Source of the DNA: a virus
Virus record (IMG/VR): IMGVR_UViG_3300048848_000129
Coordinates: 4,996 to 68,995 of that record
Length of the DNA: 64,000 bases
Strand: one strand, 5' to 3'
Positions 9,196-16,600 of this stretch are shown piece by piece; the stretch's first letter is position 1, and each line of letters starts with the position of its first letter. The translations under genes and the position numbers were made by a program. Below the pieces are notes generated by a model. That model was not told the origin of the DNA and did no database searches. It saw only the letters and a list, made by a program, of their open reading frames with translations.

Positions 9196-9822
9196 TCAGG
9201 TAAGGGGGGTGGTCACTTCGGATTCGACGGAGATGCGCCCGGCCAGGATGGCGAACACCGCGCCCTCCGGTGACTCCAGCTCGAGGTCGTAGACCCCGGC
9301 TTTCCAGTCCAGCGCCTCGGTCGCGGCGGCCGAGATCTCCACGGTGATCGTCTTGGCGACGTCGTCGAGGGTGATGGTGATGGGACCAGCAGCCAGGCTG
9401 GTCAGCAGGACCGGCCCGCCGACCTTGGAGCGCACCGACATGCGGGCCGTGTACGCCACCAGGTCGTGCGGCGAGTACCACTGCAGGAAGCCGGTGTTGA
9501 TGCGGTGCCGGCCAAACTGGCCGCCGCTCACCGGGTTGAACTCGATCGTGGTCTCGTCGATGACCGATGCGCGCCGGAAGTCACTTTCGCGGGGCGGGTT
9601 GGATGCGGCGTTCAGGTCGGTGAGCCCTTGGGCATCTACAACCGCGACGCGCCAGCCTTGCACGATCCCGTGCGGGGCTTGCGTCGCGACGCGCACGGGG
9701 CCGGAGTTCGCAATGGATGCGATCTGCGCGAACTTGAAAGGCTCGCACTCCCAGCGCACGGTCTCGCGGAACGTGCTGCCGCGGCGAATGCAAAGGTCGT
9801 GAAGGGTGGGCCTGTTGCTCAT
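9196..9822 (-). CDS. Virion/tail-associated protein
   Basis: Clean ORF directly after a late promoter; C-terminal GVYDLEL..ILAGRISV resembles baseplate/fibre adaptor domains. Confidence 0.65.
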   Translation of the reverse strand: MSNRPTLHDLCIRRGSTFRETVRWECEPFKFAQIASIANSGPVRVATQAPHGIVQGWRVAVVDAQGLTDLNAASNPPRESDFRRASVIDETTIEFNPVSGGQFGRHRINTGFLQWYSPHDLVAYTARMSVRSKVGGPVLLTSLAAGPITITLDDVAKTITVEISAAATEALDWKAGVYDLELESPEGAVFAILAGRISVESEVTTPLT

Positions 9823-9829
9823 GCCCGCC

Positions 9830-9870
9830 ACTGTGCCCAGGGGGCACCGCGGGCGCGAACCCTACCGGGG
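9830..9870 (-). promoter_or_regulatory. Late-promoter motif
   Basis: CCCCGGTAGGGTTCG with CACAGT 22 nt after GGGTT; ATG 7 nt further on. Confidence 0.7.
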
Positions 9871-9884
9871 GCCGCGATCGCCGA

Positions 9885-10451
9885 CTACCGCTTCAGGTCG
9901 TCGATGCAGGACTGGAACTGATCAAGAACCTGGGCGTCCAGCTTGATCGGGCCGGAGAAGACCAAGCCGCTCGGCTTTCCCGCGTTGAACGCGACCCAGG
10001 CCTTCTTGCCGTCAATGACCTGACGAAGGAAGCTCACGGCCTCCGAAGAGGTGATGCCGAACAGGAAGTAGCCAGCGGCCTCTCCGGGGATCACCTTGCC
10101 TTCAAGAGGAAGGATGGGCTTCTCGCCATCAACGCGAATCCAAGATGGCTGCTTGCCGCTGAATTTCTGGCCTTCCACGCCGGCGGCAAGGCGGCCGGTC
10201 GTGTGCCCTGCCTTCACCAGTGTCAGCCCACCTTGATGGAAGGCGACCGACGCGTCCACGGTGTCCACCATCGTGTTTGCATCGGTCGGTACTCCGTACA
10301 CGCCGACGAACCGCAGGCCGCACGAAGTGGTCCCCTTGGCACCGGCGAGCACGGTCGCCTGCCCTGTGAACTCGACGGACAGGACGCCCTGCGCCGGCGC
10401 CAAAGAGGACGCTCCAGCTGCCAGCAATCCCGCAATCCAGACCTTGACCAT
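9885..10451 (-). CDS. Secreted/periplasmic moron protein (188 aa)
   Basis: Signal peptide MVKVWIAGLLAAGASSLAPAQ; lower GC; inserted among virion genes. Confidence 0.7.
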   Translation of the reverse strand: MVKVWIAGLLAAGASSLAPAQGVLSVEFTGQATVLAGAKGTTSCGLRFVGVYGVPTDANTMVDTVDASVAFHQGGLTLVKAGHTTGRLAAGVEGQKFSGKQPSWIRVDGEKPILPLEGKVIPGEAAGYFLFGITSSEAVSFLRQVIDGKKAWVAFNAGKPSGLVFSGPIKLDAQVLDQFQSCIDDLKR

Positions 10452-10501
10452 CCTGACCCCCTTCGTTTTTCCAATGTAGCACTGGGATATGCTCCGCCTC
10501 C

Positions 10502-10654
10502 GTGGAAACCTTCGTCTTCTACCTGCTGGTCATCGGCGGCGTGCTGTTCTTCAAGCTGACGACCGGCCAGCAGCGCGCCGTCTGGGCCTGGGACTTCTGG
10601 ACCGCCCTGCTCATCCTGGGCGGCCTGGGCTTTGTCTACGAGCTACTGCACTGA
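10502..10654 (+). CDS. Small two-TM membrane protein (50 aa; not in the ORF track)
   Basis: GTG start; METFVFYLLVIGGVLFFKLTTGQQRAVWAWDFWTALLILGGLGFVYELLH; strong GC3 bias; opposite strand to the late operon. Confidence 0.65.
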   Translation: METFVFYLLVIGGVLFFKLTTGQQRAVWAWDFWTALLILGGLGFVYELLH

Positions 10655-13600
10655 CGCGGTCTGCGCGACGCGGTTGCGCCGCTCCTCGATCTCGTCCAGC
10701 CTGACCCGTTTCTCGTCCGCCGACAGCGTGCGGCTCGCCTCCACCATCCGCGCCTGCTGGTTGATCTTGGCCAGTTGCTCCTTGGCGTGGGTCACGCGCC
10801 GGCGCGCCAGCAGGTTGCCGCCCTCCTCCTCGCGGATCTGCGCGGCCTTCTCGGTGTCGCCGCGCTTGAGCGCATCCCGGTAGCTGGCATAGGCCTGGTC
10901 GACCTCGCGGGCCCGGTCATACAGCTGCGTGACGTAGCGGCTGCTGCCGCTGGGCAGCGACTCGACGAAGTTGCCAGCCACGAAGGCATCGCGCAACTCC
11001 ATCGCCGGTCGCTCGCCGCGGTCCATGGCCGGGCGCAGGGCGCGATCGCCCAGCTGCGCCGCCGTCGTGCCCACCCAGCCGAAGTAGCCGCGCAGCAGGA
11101 AGTCGATCTGCTTGGGGCTCAGCCCCGAGTATTCGCCCTTGGCCAGCTGCACGGGATCCGGCAGTCCGAGCTGGCCCAGGAAGCGCGCCACCTCGGTGGT
11201 GCGCTCGCCGGACCGGTCCTGCGGGCGCAGCCGCTCGTCGGACATGCCCTCGATCGCGCGGCCCGTGAAGCTGTCCTTGTTGGCGTAGACGTCCAGCAGC
11301 GGCTTGATGATCTGCGGCGTCGGGTCCATGGCGAAAGTGCCGAAGACCATGTCGCTGATCCGTTTGCCGAAGCGCTTGCCCGTCATCTCGTCGTTGAACA
11401 GCAGCTCGGCGCTGCGCTCGGCGATGGTGCCGATCGCGCCCAGCTCGAATGGCTTGGGGATGCGGAAGGCAGTGCCGCCGACCTTGAACCACCAGTAGGC
11501 GTCGCGGTCCCAGTCCTCGCGCTTCTTCCAGTCGTCGTCATCCTGGTAGGCGGCCATCAGTCCCAGGCTGGCCAGTGACACAGCCGCGGCCATGGTGCCG
11601 AAGCGCCGCGGGTCCTCCGCCGCGGCGCGGCCCAGCTTGTACAGGCCCTGGAGGCGGGCATTGAAGAACGGCACCGACTGGCCCAGCAGGCGAACCGTGG
11701 GCCAGGCGCCGGACAGGCTGAAGTCCATCAGGTCGCGCGCCATGAACGAGGCCTCGGCATGGCTGCGGCCCTTCTTCACCAGCTGCTCGTAGAGCGCGCC
11801 CCGGTTGACGTTCTCCATGCGGTCGCCGAACTCCTCGTAGGCGCCCCAGACCGTGCGCACCTGGTCGGCCAGCTTGCGCCAGCCTTCCTTGTCCAGGACT
11901 TGGCCGCCCAGCTTCTCGACCTGGGCGCGCAGCCGCGCGCTGTTCTCCTGCGTGCCAAAGCGGATGGTGCCGCCGCTGGCCAGCATGCTGGCGTAGATCT
12001 GCGAGTCCGCGGCCGTGGCCTTCCAGCCGCCGGCCACGTTGCGCAGCGGGTTGTAGGACAGGTCGGCCTGGCTGATCGCCGACAGGCTGTCGCGGATCAG
12101 ATTGCGGATCTTGAAGGTCGGGTTCACGGTGACCGTGTAGGTCAGGATGTTCTTCATGGCCGCCAGCGGCTTCATCAGCGGCGACGGCGTGTAGTGCAGC
12201 GCGGCCACGGCGTCCAGCAGGTAGGGATCCTCGACGGCCCAGTGCTCTGCCACGCCGGCGCGCAGCACGCGCACGGCGCCCTTCGTGCCATCCGGCACCT
12301 GGTGCGCGACGGCCAGGCGCTCGGCGGCATCCATGGTGGCCTGCGCCGCCCGGTTGCGCGCCGCCGCGCTGTACAGGTGCGACCAGTTCAGCAGCATGTT
12401 CTCGAGCAGATCGGCGTTCAATTGCTGGCTGCCGCCCTTGAGCTTCTTGAAGGCCTGCTGGTTGACCAGGCCGCTGCTGAACTTCGGCCCCTTCATGTCG
12501 CCCTCCTCCATGACCCGGTAGAACGGGACATAGGGCTGGTCCTTGAACAGGGCGCGCGCCTCGGGGTCGATCAGGCCGGACTGCTCGGCCATGGCCAGCA
12601 CGCTGTCGTTGAAGGCGTTGAGGTCGCGCAGCGCCTTGGCGTAGACCGGCGTGCGCGCCGTGCCGTCGTCGAAGCGGCCTGCGTTCAGCGTCTTCAGGGC
12701 GCCGATGTCCTGCGAGGTGAACAGGTTCTCTTTGCCCTCGGCCTGCAGCCGCTCCGCGCGGTGGGCAGCCACCCACATGAGGAAGCGATCGTGCTCACCC
12801 TTCAGGCTGGCCAGCACCTGGGCAAAGCCGCCGTCCTTCACGTCGACGTCGGGCGCGCCGTCCCGCAGGAACGGGCGGCCATACATCAGCGCCGCCTCCA
12901 TGGTGCCGTCGCTTCCTTTGGACAGGCGGGCCTGCATGTAGGCCTCGGCGCTGATTTCCTTGATGGGCGCGAACTGGTCCAGGACGCCCTGGCGAACCTT
13001 GGTGCCCAGATTGGCCCGCAGCGCGTCGAAGCGCTCCTTAAGCGTGGGCACCTGGCGCAGTTGGGCCACACGCTTCCAGGCCGCCTCCTGCGCCGGCGAC
13101 ATGGCGCCCATGGCAGTGCCGGCCGCCGCCTTGCTGGACATCGGAGCGTCTGCGTCGGGGCCGTCCAGCTTCATGGAAAGCAGCTCCCGCAGTACACTGG
13201 CCACCTCCCCCGAGGTGACCTTGCCGGATCGCTCCACGCTGCCACCAGCGTCAGCCCCGGAATCCCAGGCCCTCCGGGGAGCCTGCCTTTCCTGCGCGCC
13301 CCTTACAATTGGGGCGTCTCCTGGACGCCACCGACCGTTTTGCTCGGGCACTGCTTCGGCGCTGCCAGCTTCGGAATTGAGGGGCTTCAGGAGACTTTCT
13401 TTTGTGGCCACGCTGTGCAGGTACATGCGCTGCGAGTTCGGGTCACGTCGCACCAGCACCGTCACGATGTCGTCCACGCCCTGGACCTTCACGGGCGCGC
13501 TGACGTAGTGGCTGTCCACCCGTCCCTCGGTCGCCGACAGCACCACCTTCCCCTCTCGGAGCACCGCCGGCACGGCGGCGAACGCCTCGGCCTTGAACGG

Positions 13601-16600
13601 GCTCATGCGGTGGCCCATGGAGTCCTTGACGGCCCGGCCGTCCAGCACCACGTCGCCCAGCACCGGGTGCGTGGCCTTGCCGCCCGCATCCTCAAAGAGC
13701 TTCGTCGCCCAGGCTCGCAGCGCCGGGTAGCCCTTCGGCGCCTGGCTACCTGGCAGGTCCATGATGGCGGCGCCCTGTAGAAAGCGCGCCTTCTCGGCGT
13801 CCGGCACCGCGCTGACCGCGGCGCTGATGGCGCGCGCGCTGACCGGCACCGCGCTGCTGGGCACGCGCTCGGCGGCCGGGCCGCGCTCGATGAAGCCGCG
13901 CGCCGGCAGCAGGAAGTTGCGGACGATCTCGGCGTCCGAAAGCGCCAGGCCGCCCAGCGCTGGAATGTTCTCGCGCAGCCAGGTGCGGATGGCGGCGATC
14001 GCGCGGCGCACGAGCGGCAACTGCGGGTTCTGCTCGGCCAGCTCGGCCAGCACCTCTTCCGCGGCCATGCGGCGCTGCCGCTGGTTGCCCACGTCGAAGC
14101 CGTAGTCGGCGGCCTTCGCCCGGACCTGCTCTGCACGCGCCGTGGCCACCTGGTCCAGCACGCTGTTCAGGGCCGGCCCGAAGAAGCCGCGCAGGCCGGC
14201 ATGGCCCAGCGCCTCGTGGAACAGCACGCGCTGTGCCTCCGCGGAATCCTGCAGGAAGTCGGTGAAGAGGTAGACGGTGCCGCCGTAGAAGCTGCCGTTC
14301 GGCACAACAGCGCCGGGCCGCGTGTAGTGCTCGCGCACGCGCGGGTGCACGCCGGCAGCGCTGGGGTTCGCAACGACGATGACCGGCGGCGCGTTCTTCC
14401 AGCCTGCCACCGTCTGCTCGACAGCTCTGCGGATCTCGGCGACGCGCGGCGACGCGGCGCGCGCAGCCTGGGCGCCGGCCCCTGAGGCGCTGGAGAGCAC
14501 CACGTTGCCGTCATCTGCGGTGCGCGCCTCCAGCACGCCCAGCATGCGGTCGAAGGCGGCATTGATCTCGACGCGTTCGCGCCCGGCCGGGTACGGCCGT
14601 TTCCAGCCCCACGGCGTCAGGATGGCAGCGCCTTCCGGCGCGTGGTTCAGGAACGGACTGCGGCCGCCGCGCTCGGCAATCCGGTCCTCCACATAGCCCT
14701 GGAATGCGCGGGCCGCCAGTTCGTGCGGGGTGGTCCAGTAGTCGCTGCCGCGGCCTTGGTCGAGGCTGCGCGCGTCCATCGCGAAGTCGGTGGGCACGCG
14801 GCGCTCTGCCGTCGCCTCCTTCTGGGCATCGGCCAGCATCTTCAAGCGCTGGCTGTAGCGGCCCATGTGGTCCCGCAAGCCGTCCAAGGTGCCATTGCGG
14901 TTCGTGCTGTCGAAGCCACTGCGGCCCCGCACGGCCTTGTAGATGGCACTGATCTGCTCGAGCGCGTCGTTGGTCCAGCGCCAGCCGGTCAGCCGCCCCT
15001 TGCTGGCGGTGCCGCTCGCGCGCGCTTCCGTCTCCAGCGCAACACCGTCGACGATCGGCTTGGCCAGGGCATCGAATGCCCCCAGCTGCTCCGGCGTGGC
15101 TGGCTTCGTGAAGCGCTGGCCATAGGTTTTCTCGGAAGCGAGATCCTTGCGGATGCCGTCCAGGCTGCGCGCGACCTGCTCGCGGGTCTGCGCGACGAAG
15201 GCTTCGGCCTTGGCGCTGTCCTGCACAAAGCGCTCGGCCTTGTAGACCATCGTGCGCATGACGTGCTCGTAGGCCTCCCGAACCTCAGCGCGCACGCCGG
15301 AGTCGCGCCGGCTGAACCCGCCGCTGGCCATGTCGAACTCGCCGCCCAGCGCCTTCAGCGTGCGCGTGCCGTCGGCCTGGGTGGTCCACTGCGCAGCGGC
15401 CTTGCCATCCTGGCGGCCCAGGTAGTGGTCCAGCGCATGGAACCACTCGTGCGCCAGCGCGCCCGCGCCCTTCATCTTGGTGAGGTTGATGACGGCCCGC
15501 TCCTGCTCGTAGTGGGCCCTTGCGGAGTTCAGGCCCTGGCCGCGCGCCCCGAAGGCCAGCGCCAAGTCGCCATTGAGCGAGATCGCCCGCGGCGGGATGC
15601 CGACCACTTCGGCCAGATCCAGCAGCCCGTCGTAGGCCTCGTTCATCAGCTCCTGCCGCTCGGCCTGGTTGTTCCAGTTGCCGAACTCCACGCCGCGGAA
15701 ACCGAACGTGTCACGGAACGCCTGGCCGTCCACATCGCCTTGCCGACGCTCCGGTCCTTCCCGGCGCTTGTTCTCCGGCACCGGCAGGTCGGCCTCTCCG
15801 AAGGTGGTGTTGGTTTCGATGATGGCGGCGGCGTTGTTGGCCATGAAGGCCTGCGCAGCCTCGCGGCTGTCGAAGGTCTGGTCCACCACCTTGACGCGCT
15901 TGCGGTCGGTGACGTCGCGCCAGATCTCCCACTGCCCGGCCGCCAGCGGCACCGGGCGGTGCTTCATGGCCACTGCCAGCGCTGGCAGGGCCGCCTCCGC
16001 TTCCTCGCGCGTGGCGAACGACTGCCGGCCGAGCTGGCGGTCCTGGCCCAGCCTGTCTTGGCTGCGGCCGTCGCGGACCACCCATCGGCCCTCTTCACCG
16101 GCGCGCATGCTCTTGGCGATCTGGTCGATCTTGAAACGGCGGGCCCAAGCGGGCCGGTCGTCGTCGTTGGTGCGCCGAGGCTTGGCGGTGGCCGCGGCCG
16201 TGCCGCGCGTTGCGGCGTCCTTGCGGGCGCCGCCGATCTTCTCGCCGATGTCCTCGATCGCGCCGGGCGCTACGCCGCCCCCGCCGGCGTTGGCAGCCGA
16301 CCGCCACGTCGCGGTACGGTTAGGGCCTGTGCCTTCGTCATTCCGCCTTGGTTGATCCGGTAGTGGAGCGTCGACGGAACCAGCCCGACCTCCTCTGCCC
16401 ACGCCGCCAGTGTCCGAGTTCGGCCGTCGTGCGACAGCAGCACGTTCTTCCGCTGGTTGCGTGCCTGCTCCTTCTTGGTTGCCCACTGCACGTTGCCCGG
16501 CTGGTACGGCAGGTCGTTCTTGATCCTGTCGAGCGAGTGCAGAAGGCTCGGCCTCGATCCCACGCCGGCCAGGAACGCGGGAAAACTGTCCCGCCACTCC

